Assembly: GCA_040285825.1 (NCBI GenBank)
Contig: JAUPSS010000001.1
Coordinates: 186,001 to 250,000 of the forward strand
Direction of reading: 5' to 3'
Source: Eukaryota sp. TZLM1-RC
Lineage: Eukaryota; Protista; Metamonada: BaSk clade
Length of the DNA stretch: 64,000 bases
Shown: piece by piece, positions 1 through 10,641 of the stretch
Layout of the letters: each line of letters starts with the position of its first letter
Position numbering within the stretch: the stretch's first letter is position 1
Made by a program: the position numbers and the translations under genes
Notes under the pieces: generated by a model
Told to the model about the DNA's origin: nothing
The model's database searches: none
What the model saw: only the letters and a program-made list of their open reading frames with translations

Positions 1-385
1 TGTAAGAAACCAATTATATTGTATGTGCAAGTCTCACAGAATTGAATCTTTTTTGGAACCTCTGTTGTCAAATCTGTTTGATGCTGAAGGTGATTTTCAT
101 AAGAATAATAGAGGTGATGTCAAATTACCTGATTTAGATGGCAGCTTCATCTTATTGGATGTAATGTCTGTTGATCCTTGTAATGCCTCAAATGAAAGGC
201 TTGTTAATTCTGAAATTCATAATCCTCTTTCAAATGCTGAAAATTGCAAAATCAAAAAATACAATGAACATTTGTCCAAATTGTCTCCCAACATCATGCA
301 AAATACAACTTGTATCCATTTGTATTTTCTCTATTTGGTTCACTTGCTCCCGCTGCTTTACGTTTTTTGGCAGATTGGAGAAGAA
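1..385 (+). mobile_element. Fragment of RLE-type non-LTR retrotransposon (family B), endonuclease region
   Basis: ORF 23..418 has EPLL...NRGD...LDVMSVD...KIKKY restriction-like endonuclease motifs; near-identical DNA on the minus strand at ~55000-55385 and a degenerate copy at ~31580-31800. Confidence 0.85.
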
Positions 386-602
386 ATCACGGTAAATTTG
401 TCAATTTGGTCCTACTAGAGCGACATTTGTTGCCAAGTGTCAAAACTGAGTAACATAGTTTATCACTATGGATTGAAAAATACATTTTTGAGTTACCATA
501 TGTCTGGTGAAATATTCAATCCTGAATAAATTAAAAAAATATACATAAGAAAACAGTCTCAAAGCAAAAGGAACAAGGGAGTTGGACATTACACAATTAA
601 AG

Positions 603-1115
603 TCAACGATGACGACTGTCTCTCTTATGTCCTTCCCTATATCTACTCCGCCTCTTTCCTCGAAAAGATTCTCTATAATGATCTGCACTGTGACGATGGG
701 GTTCATGTCCCTTGTGTCTACCTGACTTATCATCCTTATCCTTCTCCTTCTGCCGCAATTCCTGTTCTATAAAAGCCTTCAACTTTGAAAGGTCTTCAGA
801 TGATTCTTCCTTAGCTGGTTCAACGTCCCATTCAGCCATTGGATCCTCCAAATGTTGAAGTTTTTGTTCATGTGCAATATTACCAGACTTGAACAAAGGA
901 CAATCCCGGGAATTTGCTCTATGACCAAATTGTTTACATTTGAAACATTGAGCTACCTCAAGAGTGTTGGGCTTAAGTGGGACAGCTCCTGGAGGTGCGG
1001 CGGTGAGAAATTCTCGAAGTGCTCTATTCTCAGGTCTATCAGGTATCTTGTCATCAATGCTGCGTTCTTTGGAAGGAGGGGACTTTTGTCTACCAAGACG
1101 TACAATTGTACCCAT
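603..1115 (-). CDS. RP9: RP9/PAP-1-like zinc-knuckle splicing-associated protein
   Basis: IPDRPEN..REFL..AP, QCFKCKQFGHR..RDCPLF..GN...EQ....EDPM matches the RP9 core; basic R/S/H-rich tail. Confidence 0.8.
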   Translation of the reverse strand: MGTIVRLGRQKSPPSKERSIDDKIPDRPENRALREFLTAAPPGAVPLKPNTLEVAQCFKCKQFGHRANSRDCPLFKSGNIAHEQKLQHLEDPMAEWDVEPAKEESSEDLSKLKAFIEQELRQKEKDKDDKSGRHKGHEPHRHSADHYRESFRGKRRSRYREGHKRDSRHR

Positions 1116-1448
1116 TGTGGTAAGAAGGGTAAGAAGTTTTTTGAAATCAAAATTTTATTGATTACTAAGAATCAGATCTAATACTCCTTACTTTACTCCT
1201 AACTTTATTGATGAATTATCTGTTTTGGTTAAGGTTGTTCTATCGTAGCTCACTGACAGTCTTCTGCCTTCTACAAGACTTACAAAGGAACAACTGCTGT
1301 ATGGAATTGACATAAAAGTGATCAATTTCGTTACAATTATGAGTTCAATAAACATGTTGTGATTCTTCCTTTCTTCCTTTCTTGTAAGCACCCAGATTCT
1401 TTCACTTATAGATTCTACTATATGTAGATTCATATACTAGTAGTTATT

Positions 1449-2942
1449 CTATCTATAATCTTCAATTTGATCTAACGGCTTGCTAAACCACGGTAACAAA
1501 GATTTAAAAAAAAGAATGATTGGATGTACTGAAATGGCTTTCAAAAACTTTGCTCTATTTAGGTTATTTTGGTGTTGCTGTAGCCTAATCAATATCTGAT
1601 CAGATTCTTCAAGAAAAGACTCTGTGAAATAATTTACAGAAAATAATTCAAAGTAATTGTTTTCAGGAGGAATATAAATAGATCTGTAATATCGAGCCCT
1701 TTTGTAAACGTCAGCATTTTGATTGATTAAATCAGCCACGTGGGCTGCCGACTGACATATAAATGATATATGCTTTTTCAAAAATAAGAACAACCGTTCT
1801 ACTTGGAGATACATAAAAAAGACTAAATCTGATCCGCCAGGTAAACCAGATATTGAATTAGATTTAAAAGCAAAAGAATTCAATTCACGTGGAATATTGG
1901 ATTCATTGAACAATTTTCCATTAATGACAGATATAAATTCAGGAAATAAAAGAAAACATTGATTAAAAGCCCCCAAAATATCATTTGATGGAGAATGTAA
2001 CTCTGCCAAGGCTATTGAATAAGATAAAGCAAAACTTGGTATCATTGTTAAACAAGGAAGTCGCTTGAATTCAAAATAAGTAAGATTGTAAAGAAGTTCA
2101 AAATTTCTAATAAAATCAACCAAATCCGATGGTGACCTGCTTTTTAAAAAAAACTCGTCTATAAGAACTAAAAATCTAAATTTGTCAGAACAATCAACTT
2201 GAAGTGCAAACTTACAGCATTCAACAGCTGATTTAAACTTTCCTGAACGGGCAAGTAAACGTGCATGTGTTGCTAATGATTGAAGAAATACGGTAACCAA
2301 ATCATCATCAGGGTCAAAAAAACATTCATCACGTGACTGATTTTGGTTAATGAAAGGCCTAAAGACTGGTTCCAAAGATGCTAAACTTGATCTGATTAAC
2401 TCGTGACCTTTACTTGCATGATCAGCCTTCAACAGCAACATTCCAGTCTCATAAAGCAAGGGTGCATAGAAAGGGAAAGTAGAACACGCTTCAATGAAAC
2501 AAGTAAGATCATTGGATGTTCTAGCCGTTTCAAGGGCAGTGAAAGCCTCGTCAAAAGCTAGGGTGGCATCATGAGAGAGGGTAATGATCCTACCATTAGG
2601 GGATTTGGTGGAGGTGATGCCTTGTAGACAGATACGTCTTCTTATAGGAGCAAAAAAAGAAGCTATACCTGTTCGAACACCGGCGAGGAGAGGAGTTTGG
2701 ACGTGTAGAACATTAATAGTATTGTGATAAGATGGTGTGTTTGAAGTTGTGGACTCTTGTTCTTTTGTTGTTGTTGGTGATAATGGTGGCACCTCTGAAG
2801 GAATGTTGAATGTTAAAGAATGTGAGGATTCTTCAAACTCAGTTGATTCAGAACAATGAGAATCTATCTCATTACAAGGTTGAAAGAGCTCATCTTCAGA
2901 GGGTGGATTCTCGTTATCCAATAGATCAAAGACATTCGACAT
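1449..2942 (-). CDS. TCF25: TCF25/Rqc1 ribosome quality control protein
   Basis: N-terminal NVFDLL plus acidic region; PFY..LL, ELI..SL..LE..F, L.RSG..KSAVECCKFALQVD..D......ID.F.LKS helical motifs; first ATG at 2942. Confidence 0.7.
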   Translation of the reverse strand: MSNVFDLLDNENPPSEDELFQPCNEIDSHCSESTEFEESSHSLTFNIPSEVPPLSPTTTKEQESTTSNTPSYHNTINVLHVQTPLLAGVRTGIASFFAPIRRRICLQGITSTKSPNGRIITLSHDATLAFDEAFTALETARTSNDLTCFIEACSTFPFYAPLLYETGMLLLKADHASKGHELIRSSLASLEPVFRPFINQNQSRDECFFDPDDDLVTVFLQSLATHARLLARSGKFKSAVECCKFALQVDCSDKFRFLVLIDEFFLKSRSPSDLVDFIRNFELLYNLTYFEFKRLPCLTMIPSFALSYSIALAELHSPSNDILGAFNQCFLLFPEFISVINGKLFNESNIPRELNSFAFKSNSISGLPGGSDLVFFMYLQVERLFLFLKKHISFICQSAAHVADLINQNADVYKRARYYRSIYIPPENNYFELFSVNYFTESFLEESDQILIRLQQHQNNLNRAKFLKAISVHPIILFFKSLLPWFSKPLDQIEDYR

Positions 2943-2963
2943 TGGACAATTGGACAAGAAACT

Positions 2964-2988
2964 ATTAATAAATTCTGCCCTATTTTGT
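2964..2988. repeat. 25-bp dispersed exact repeat, copy 1 (ATTAATAAATTCTGCCCTATTTTGT)
   Basis: Identical 25-mer at 29466-29490; both copies lie within 25 nt of a start codon. Confidence 0.85.
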
Positions 2989-3139
2989 ACTTATCAAAGA
3001 TTGAGTTCAAAAGTAGAGTATGAGTGTTTCACCCAGAGTTACCAGAAAGATCATTATTGTTTTATTCTTGGGTGACCGAAGGTGAATCAGTAATAACAAA
3101 AATGGTTTGAACTATTCAATCTTTGATTCAAAGCGTTCT

Positions 3140-3400
3140 CGGTATGATTTTTGTGTAGTAACAGGTTCCCAAAAGCATGGATAGTTCTGTATTGAAAAAG
3201 TATATTCTATGAATTCTTGAGATCATTATGTTACTCGAGAATTCAAGCGGTTCCACTCAACTCAAACCACACTTGATCAAATTGGCGCTTTATACAAAAA
3301 ACTATTTATTGATCAGAAAACGGAAATATCATATAACTCCCAACAGATTAACCAGATAATTTGAAACCAATGTTTTGCTGGTAGGGAATAATTCAAATTT
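3140..3400 (+). pseudogene. Possible decayed Rab/Ras-like small GTPase
   Basis: Reads YDFCVVTGSQKHG*FCI (P-loop-like) and QIGALYKKL...QII*NQCFAGRE*F (G2/G3-like), with stop codons. Confidence 0.3.
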
Positions 3401-3616
3401 GTGTTCAAGTTGAGACAATAAACAACTCCAATAACCTTGTACTAGACTTATCACAGTTCCTTCTTGTGTTCTGCCAAGATCGTGACCAAATTTTAAACAC
3501 TAAGTCACCAATAGCTGGCTTTATCAATGGGTAAACTAAATTAACGTCTTGATAGACTAATTCCAAACACTGTAGAGTAGATTGATATGACAAAACAAAT
3601 ACTTCCTGAAGTTACG

Positions 3617-5229
3617 ATGTCACGACCACGCTCGGATAGCGAATCCTCACTCTTCAAACACCCAGAATCCCGTGGGCACTTTACTGTTGTAGTTTTTGGG
3701 GCTTCAGGTGATCTCGCTAGAAGAAAGGTGTTACCTTCTTTGTTTTCCCTCTACCACAAGGGACTTCTCGATCCTCTCACTGGTTTAACCGTCATTGGCT
3801 ATGGACGGTCGGACTTATCTACTGAAGAATTCCACAACTCTCTCAAACATGAGTTTCAAATCAATTGCAAAAACTTTGAAGACCATCACATAGAAGCTGG
3901 TGATTGTTTCAACTTACTTGAGAGGTTCCTTGACAAGTGTGTTTTTATTAAAGGACAGTATGACAACAAACAAGATTTCAGTAGATTGAGTGATTACATT
4001 TCGGAAGTTGAAGCAGAGTACATTGATGCCAAAGTTCCCTGCTCAAGAGTGTTCTATTTGTCAATTCCTCCATCAATCTTTCTTCCAGTTGCTGAGCTTG
4101 TCCATACTCATTGTAGAGCTGTTGATGGCCGTACGTTGTTGGTTGTTGAGAAACCGTTTGGTAGAGACCTTGAGAGTGCCATTCAACTGGAAAGAGCTTT
4201 AAAGTCCATGTACTCTGAGCCTGAACTTTTCCGAATCGACCATTGTGTGTATCTTGATCTTCCCTTATCTCAGATTTAGGAAAGGGCATGTCGACTCCTT
4301 GATAACTTACTTTAGAAATCGTTTCCTTACTGCTGATAATGAGGTTTCTTATCTAAGTTAATTCTAATCCTAGGTTTAGTAACGTCATATTTGAACCAAT
4401 ATGGAATAGTCACTACATTGAAAGTGTAGAGATTTCATTCTTAGAAAAGGCTATCGTTTCTGGTAGAGGTGGATACTACTCTCAAATGGGGGTAATAAGA
4501 GATATATTTCAAAACCACCTGTTGAATGTATTGTCCTTCGTGGCCATGGATCAACCTTATTCGTTGGACGCAGATGCTATTCGTGATGAATGTGTAAAGC
4601 TATTGAAACAAATCAAAACTCTGGACATGAGTAATATCATAACTGGTCAGTACTTGGGGTTCCATGATGACCCCACTATTCCTCCCGACTGTAAGGTTCC
4701 TACCTACTGTGCGGCAGTATTGGAGGTAAACAACAGGAGATGGGATGGAGTTCCTTTCTTCGTGAGAATGGGCAAAGCTCTACACAAGAATGCTTCCTAT
4801 ATTAAAATAAGATTCAAGGAAGTTCCTGGCAACCTGTTTAGACACAAGCCGTGGCAGGACAACTCTCATAACAGAGAGAACCATCTCTTCCTCAGTATTC
4901 AGCCAGAAGCTGGTCTCAAGCTTGGAATCACAGGAAAAGTCCCAGGATTTGGAACAACGTTGAACAATTTGAATTTAAACATGTTTTACCATTCAATGGG
5001 CATTAGAACTTTGCCAGATGCTTACGAATCAGTGCTTTTATCAATGCTTTCCTTTGACCAATCACTCTTTCTTAGACATGACCAGATCTATGAAAGTTGG
5101 AGAATCATTAATGATGTGATTCATCAATTGGATAATGAACCTCAGGAATTCAATTATCAGATAGGGAGCGAAGGACCTTTAGAAGCTAGTGATTTTGTTG
5201 GCAAATGGGACTTTCGTTGGTGCATGTAG
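3617..5229 (+). CDS. G6PD: Glucose-6-phosphate 1-dehydrogenase, 4 exons (3617-4244, 4274-4285, 4316-4343, 4374-5229; 507 aa)
   Basis: GASGDLA, YLSIPP, EKPFG; splicing restores RIDHYLGKE and RFSNVIFEPIWN; GRGGYY, RDIFQNHL, RWDGVPF, DAYE. Confidence 0.95.
4245..4273 (+). other. 29-nt GT-AG intron (G6PD intron 1)
   Basis: GTGTGT...CTTATCTCAG; removal restores the Tyr codon of RIDHY. Confidence 0.9.
4286..4315 (+). other. 30-nt GC-AG intron (G6PD intron 2)
   Basis: GCATGT...CTTACTTTAG; removal restores LGKE; contains an in-frame TGA. Confidence 0.85.
4344..4373 (+). other. 30-nt GT-AG intron (G6PD intron 3)
   Basis: GTTTCT...CTAATCCTAG; removal gives MRFSN in frame with ORF 4486..5229. Confidence 0.9.
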
Positions 5230-5243
5230 AACAACAAATAAAA

Positions 5244-5929
5244 GGGTTAATTTCATAAATATCACTTTTCCAACACACAAGTTTCACAAATGTCACTTTC
5301 TTGTGTCTTAGTTTCATAAATATCAGTTTTATTCTATTTTCAAATGGTCATCTACTGGATATCAATTGCTGGTACAATCAACATGTTCTTTCTTAGATAG
5401 ACTTGGGACTGTTCATGTCTTGCAATAATCCATTAATTTCCTTCTATAAACTTCCAACATGACAACAATTGGTAGTCCTCTCAGTGACTTCATCCAACTA
5501 TTGAGAGACTCTGCGACATTACTGGTCACATGTCCGTAGGTCTGTCCTTTGAACATATAACTGCTCCAATTCTCCACACCAACTGCTTGCAGAAAGTTGT
5601 AGGCCTTGAGTGAAATACTCATGATAACATTCATAGCATTGTTAAAGTCTTCAGCTGTTACTGCTTTGGCAGCTTCCCAAACAACTCCGATAAGCTTCTT
5701 CTTCCGACACTTCTTTGTTAAATTGTCCGCTAAGTGTCTTACACAGAAAGCGAAACAATTGTATGGTCTGTCGTAGAACTTTCATAGATTGAAAATCATC
5801 ATCGACTCTAAGGACAATGGGGTTGTCTGATACTGATTGTCTGATACTGATATTTATGAAACTAAGACACAAGAAAGTGACATTTGTGAAACTTGTGTGT
5901 TGGAAAAGTGACATTTGTGAAATTGCCCC
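5244..5929 (-). mobile_element. Non-autonomous Mutator-like (MULE) DNA transposon, 686 bp
   Basis: 84-bp TIRs (5244-5327, 5846-5929) starting GGG; 9-bp TSD CAAATAAAA (5235-5243, 5930-5938); internal transposase remnants AFCVRHLADN and TSNVAESLNSWMKSLRGLPI. Confidence 0.92.
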
Positions 5930-5989
5930 CAAATAAAACAAAGGTGCAAAGGATGTACAGTAGGTTAACTCCTTACAAATTACTGTTTC

Positions 5990-7580
5990 TTCACTTAATT
6001 TATTAATCAATTTGAAATTAAAATTGATTGAAGTTTGTTTCTGAAGAATCTCTATTGTAATCAGTCAAATGTCAATTAATTCAAAAATACATTACAAATA
6101 TCATGGTTTGCCATGATGTAATTCCAACTATCGTTTGAAACCAAATTTTCTGTATGGTAACTTATACAGGTGGAAAATGAACGTTTGTTCATGAATATTG
6201 ATAAAAATATACTAGAGTATTTCGAAAACGAACCCAAATGACGAATAGCATCAATTGAATATAATTTGGCTTGAATTTCAATATCATCAACTATTGTGGA
6301 AACTGGAGAATTCGATAACAAAACACATTTAAGTAAATTAAGTCGAAGACCAATTGTGGTAAATAATTCTTTAAAACATACAGTTGCTTTTTTCACAATA
6401 TTTAAATCACCAATTAGCACAACATCATCCATATATGCAATCATTTTTAGTGAAGGAAACATCTCTTGAATTTGCAGTAAAATAGGATGAATGGCCAAAC
6501 AAAACAAAAGAGGTCCTAACGGATCTCCTTGCTTTACGCCACTTGATGAACTCAAAATGTTGTTACCAAAATGTAAATTAGAATATGTGCAATATGTTGA
6601 TTGAAAATACGGTATTAATTCCGGCATATATTGCAATAGAGCACCATGGATACTGCGACGACTTAGTGAATTGAAAGCATTACTAAAATCCAATGACATA
6701 CAAACATTGAATTCATCCAACAACAAGGTTCCTGATCGTCCATTCAAAGAAATTGCAAAATTGAATCTTTCGTTTAGATTTTCGAACTTTATCATTTTTT
6801 TTGTTCATTTTGACTTCCAAAGGATCATAATGATTGTGCTTGCTGAATTCGTTTTGAACTAATATTTTCATCACATCTTGATGTCTACAGTGTGTGCTAA
6901 TGATTAGGTCAACTGTCTTAAAATCAATTAATATATCAATATTGTCTTTAAACGCAGAAACATCATCCATGGTTAAACCTGAATTACTGCACATCGACTA
7001 CAAAGTATCTCTCACTCGATTGTGAGGGAAATCACGAAATTTTCCAAATTTGTGACAATTAAAAATATGGTGCAAAGTAGAAAATTGTCCACATCTACAT
7101 CTCAAACCTTTACAATATTTACAGGTTCATTTAAATGCATTTTTAAAATGAGTCTCCAAACATCATCATCTAACCACAATCCAAATTTTTGTGGTGGTTG
7201 AGTAATAAAAGCAGCACCAGCAGAAACACCTCAATTACTGGATACTTCTTTTAAAAAATTATATAGCTTTTTATTTCCTGAATGTTTAGAATTTGAACCA
7301 TTCAGAAATGCTTTTTCTTCGTTATCAGTAATTCTTTTCTGTAAATTCACTACAAGTTTGGTTAACAAATCAAAGGAACGAGCATCAACTGTTTTTGGAG
7401 AAGTATTTTGATGAAAAAGTCGTAACCACTCATCTGGAGGAAAATCGATAATTGGATTTTGAAGGTCATAGAACTTTCTTAATATTGGATTTTTTCACAA
7501 ATGATAACCACAAGGCAGGAATTGTTTGGAAAAATTGAAAAGAAAATTCTTCATTTCACCAATAGAATCTGCTTTGAAAG
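5990..7580 (-). mobile_element. Composite RLE non-LTR retrotransposon relic (family D plus a family A RT fragment at ~6225-6720)
   Basis: LDFSNAFN, GVKQGDPLGPLLF, YMDD (RT); flanking DILIDFKTVD, FAISLNGRSG, HNRVRD (RLE/zinc-knuckle region) with frameshifts. Confidence 0.85.
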
Positions 7581-7764
7581 GTCTACGTCAAACCATTTGA
7601 TCTTTTTTCACCCCTTTTCTCATAAACGTCCTCTTTGATCATTTTCTGTGTTGTAAACCCTAAAGATTTTGATGAACAGTAACTTAGTTCTATGAAGTTC
7701 AGTGGTTTTTAAATAGATACTGATACAATTTATAATAAGCAAAATCATTAATTATTTAATTTAT

Positions 7765-9120
7765 TTAAATCAACTCAATTGTGTCAATGCCTTTATGGGA
7801 ATTACCAAAAAACTTTGCTGCTCTACTACCGAATTGAATGGCCCTTTTGGGTGCACCTTCACTAATTTTCAAACCTAATTCCTTTGCTAATGTTCTCAAC
7901 AACACCTTATCACTATAACCAGAACTTTCGAGTTCACATTCCCCATTCTCAAACCCTAAATGAAATGTAACATCAAGTTCCCCGCACCCCATGGCCAATG
8001 AAACAATGTTGTCAGAAAGGAAAGGAAACGCAAGATGAACCCCTGCTGAGGTAGCAACTCTATTATCCCTTCCTAGTCCCTTGATTAAAGATTTTCTAGA
8101 ATTAACAACTGAATTTAATAAAGCAAAGGATCCATGATTTTCAAAAACACTTCTGAATCGATGATAACCTACGAATAACTCATCAGCTCCCTGTCCCATC
8201 AAAATGATTGGATTGTTAGTTTGATGATCGGAAACCAGTTTAAAACCAGAATAAAGCGCAGTTGCTATATTAACATCCATTACGGTAGACATTGGGGAAG
8301 AAGCTCTACTGGCCTCAATTCGAAGTAGATCTAATTCAGAAGAAGAAAATTCTTTAAAAACATGATCCATATTCACTCGGGGGAAAAGTGATTTAATTTC
8401 AAAAAAAGATTCTTTTGCTAATAAGAGATCTGGTGCAGAGTCAGAGAAAGCTACGGTGTAGAGGTAAAGTTTCCTTTTTGAAGCTTTTTTTGAGTTTCTT
8501 TTGATGAACTCAGCAGAAGCAAAGGCAACCAGAGAAGAGTCAACACCACCAGAAAAAAGTACATGGACATCCTGAGGGGGTGCACAGGAATAGATATCGC
8601 TAATGGAAGAAACAAAGTCATCCAAACCTAAAGCTGGACGTTCAAAGAGGGAGGAAGGAAGAGGGGGTGGGGGAGGGGGAAGGCAAGAGATTGAACCAGT
8701 GTCAAGATCAAGGGTCCACACACCAGGTAAAACTTGAACAGCAAGAGAAGAGGACAGAGTAAGAAAGGATGGAGTGACAGTGGCGAGGAGGGATTGGGAT
8801 TCGTTTCGGAAAAAAAGGAGAGGCTTACGGTTGAAAAAGTCAACACCAAAGGTTACTTGGCTCCCGTTGAAAGATATGAAGCTGAATGGATGGGAAGTGG
8901 TGAGGCAGTGTTGGATTAGGTGGGATAAAGGTTTTGGAGAGGTGAAGAAAGTGGAATCGTACGTATTTATAGAATATTCTACGTCACTGTGTAGCGAATG
9001 TTGAATGTAGTGACATGATGATATGTTCAATTCTTTCAAGAAGTCCTTGGAAACAAAGCATGGGGAGGTGAAGAATGTCGGAGAAGACTTGATCCAATTA
9101 GTAATAAAACAGGCTAGCAT
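7765..9120 (-). CDS. ASNSD1: Asparagine synthetase domain-containing protein
   Basis: VLFSGGVDS PP-loop, APD, MDVNIATALY, GQGADELFVGY, LGRDNR, FPFL, DKVLLR, KRAIQFGSR. Confidence 0.85.
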   Translation of the reverse strand: MLACFITNWIKSSPTFFTSPCFVSKDFLKELNISSCHYIQHSLHSDVEYSINTYDSTFFTSPKPLSHLIQHCLTTSHPFSFISFNGSQVTFGVDFFNRKPLLFFRNESQSLLATVTPSFLTLSSSLAVQVLPGVWTLDLDTGSISCLPPPPPPLPSSLFERPALGLDDFVSSISDIYSCAPPQDVHVLFSGGVDSSLVAFASAEFIKRNSKKASKRKLYLYTVAFSDSAPDLLLAKESFFEIKSLFPRVNMDHVFKEFSSSELDLLRIEASRASSPMSTVMDVNIATALYSGFKLVSDHQTNNPIILMGQGADELFVGYHRFRSVFENHGSFALLNSVVNSRKSLIKGLGRDNRVATSAGVHLAFPFLSDNIVSLAMGCGELDVTFHLGFENGECELESSGYSDKVLLRTLAKELGLKISEGAPKRAIQFGSRAAKFFGNSHKGIDTIELI

Positions 9121-9373
9121 AAGGTGTCACAAAACATCAGCGGATTGTAGTTGAATCAAGTTGAACTTTCGAAAATAGGTCTTTCCTTTCCTTTGTTATA
9201 CACATCTCCTCCCACCTAAATCATAAAGTACACCATTTTGTTGTATATCCTTGATACATCTCTGTTGATGATGAGTACTGGCGAGTGATCTTCAAGGATA
9301 TCAGTATAGATATCTTCTTGCCAATACTCAACACATCTCTTCTTTCTATTACAACTATTTTTTTGTTTCAGTT

Positions 9374-9907
9374 ATGTTGCGATTATCACACATTTTGGCG
9401 ACGACTGTCATTCTTTGCTTCATCAATGGTACATATGGTACCGCTTGCTCTGATTGTCAAAATATAGTGGACACTGTCATTCCATCCGTCATTCAAAGAC
9501 CCATCTTTGCTGAGTTTTTCTATAACTTGGCATGTGATCGTATTGTTGGCATTAGCGACGACCAACGTGATGAATGTAAGGCTTGGGTAGAAGATAACAA
9601 GGGTTCTCTAATGGAGCTCCATAACAAGGGTGAAAGTGCTCGTTTATTATGTACAGCAATTGATCTCTGTGGCGACAAGGCCCCTGAAAAAAACTTTGGT
9701 GAGTTACTCATCCCCAAGATTGCCTCTACCATCATGGAACTCCCAGAATCTACGGTCGATCAGCAATTACTCAAGTTTTGCAAGAAGAAGCATGCAAGTA
9801 TTGATATGGATAAGGACGACTGTGTAGCATGGTTTAATGATGTTAAGAAGAGAATTGTTGCGGAGGATGATATTGAAGGGATTCTTCATCAAATTATGAG
9901 TATTTAG
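9374..9907 (+). CDS. Secreted saposin B-domain protein
   Basis: Signal peptide; CSDC...C...C...C..I.LC six-Cys saposin pattern, then a second partial repeat. Confidence 0.75.
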   Translation: MLRLSHILATTVILCFINGTYGTACSDCQNIVDTVIPSVIQRPIFAEFFYNLACDRIVGISDDQRDECKAWVEDNKGSLMELHNKGESARLLCTAIDLCGDKAPEKNFGELLIPKIASTIMELPESTVDQQLLKFCKKKHASIDMDKDDCVAWFNDVKKRIVAEDDIEGILHQIMSI

Positions 9908-10208
9908 TTTTATTTAATAAAGCAGGAACAATCAAATTTCTTCAAAATTTACTTGATGTCGGAGCATGGAAAGAAGTGAAGATATGAAAATGTGTGCTTT
10001 TAGAAAATCAAGTGCGTTAAATTGAAATTGATAGAATGAATGATCAATTTTTTGGTCTGTAGGCAGATATCTTTGAATTAAAATTATTGATTTTAAAGAG
10101 CTTTTTCAATCAATTGTCTTTTTCATCTCTAAGAAAAACTTCTTTAAGCTGATAATAATCAATAAGGATATCTTCCAGATGGGTCTCCATTTTTCCTGAT
10201 AACATTGC

Positions 10209-10640
10209 ATGCTTGAGACCATTCTTGTTGTTGGTAGCTTGTTTTCATGTGTTATGAACCTGGCTTCTCTGTTGTCCTTTTCGAATGAATACTTGTTCAA
10301 AGGCAACAGTCCGACTGCATCAGCCGTATTTGTCTATCTCATCCTATTAACTATCTTTTCTTTAATTATTCTAGCCTTTTACCTCTTTAGTTTAAGAGCT
10401 TTGTTCTTTGATGAACTTCCTTCTTACCTATTTCATATTGGAATTATACTAGCTGTGGTGATTCTGTTTATCACATATTGGAACTGGTCAAATTTTACTT
10501 TTAGTGGACGTTTAATTTACTTTCTTTGGAATGTTACTCATTTGTTTTTAATCTTAAAGCTTCATTCTATCGTTACAGAACCTGATATTGACTTTTTTGT
10601 GTTGTTGTCTGACACTGAAGAGGATGATGAAAACAACTAG
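10209..10640 (+). CDS. Small multi-pass membrane protein of unknown function
   Basis: 143 aa, about 4 hydrophobic segments, acidic C-terminal tail. Confidence 0.6.
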   Translation: MLETILVVGSLFSCVMNLASLLSFSNEYLFKGNSPTASAVFVYLILLTIFSLIILAFYLFSLRALFFDELPSYLFHIGIILAVVILFITYWNWSNFTFSGRLIYFLWNVTHLFLILKLHSIVTEPDIDFFVLLSDTEEDDENN

Positions 10641-10641
10641 A

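Noticed and set aside
1188-1433. 81-aa ORF between RP9 and TCF25
   Set aside because: No recognisable motif; probably the TCF25 3' region or decayed sequence
5651-6010. 119-aa ORF
   Set aside because: Runs through the MULE TIR and out of frame with the transposase remnant; spurious
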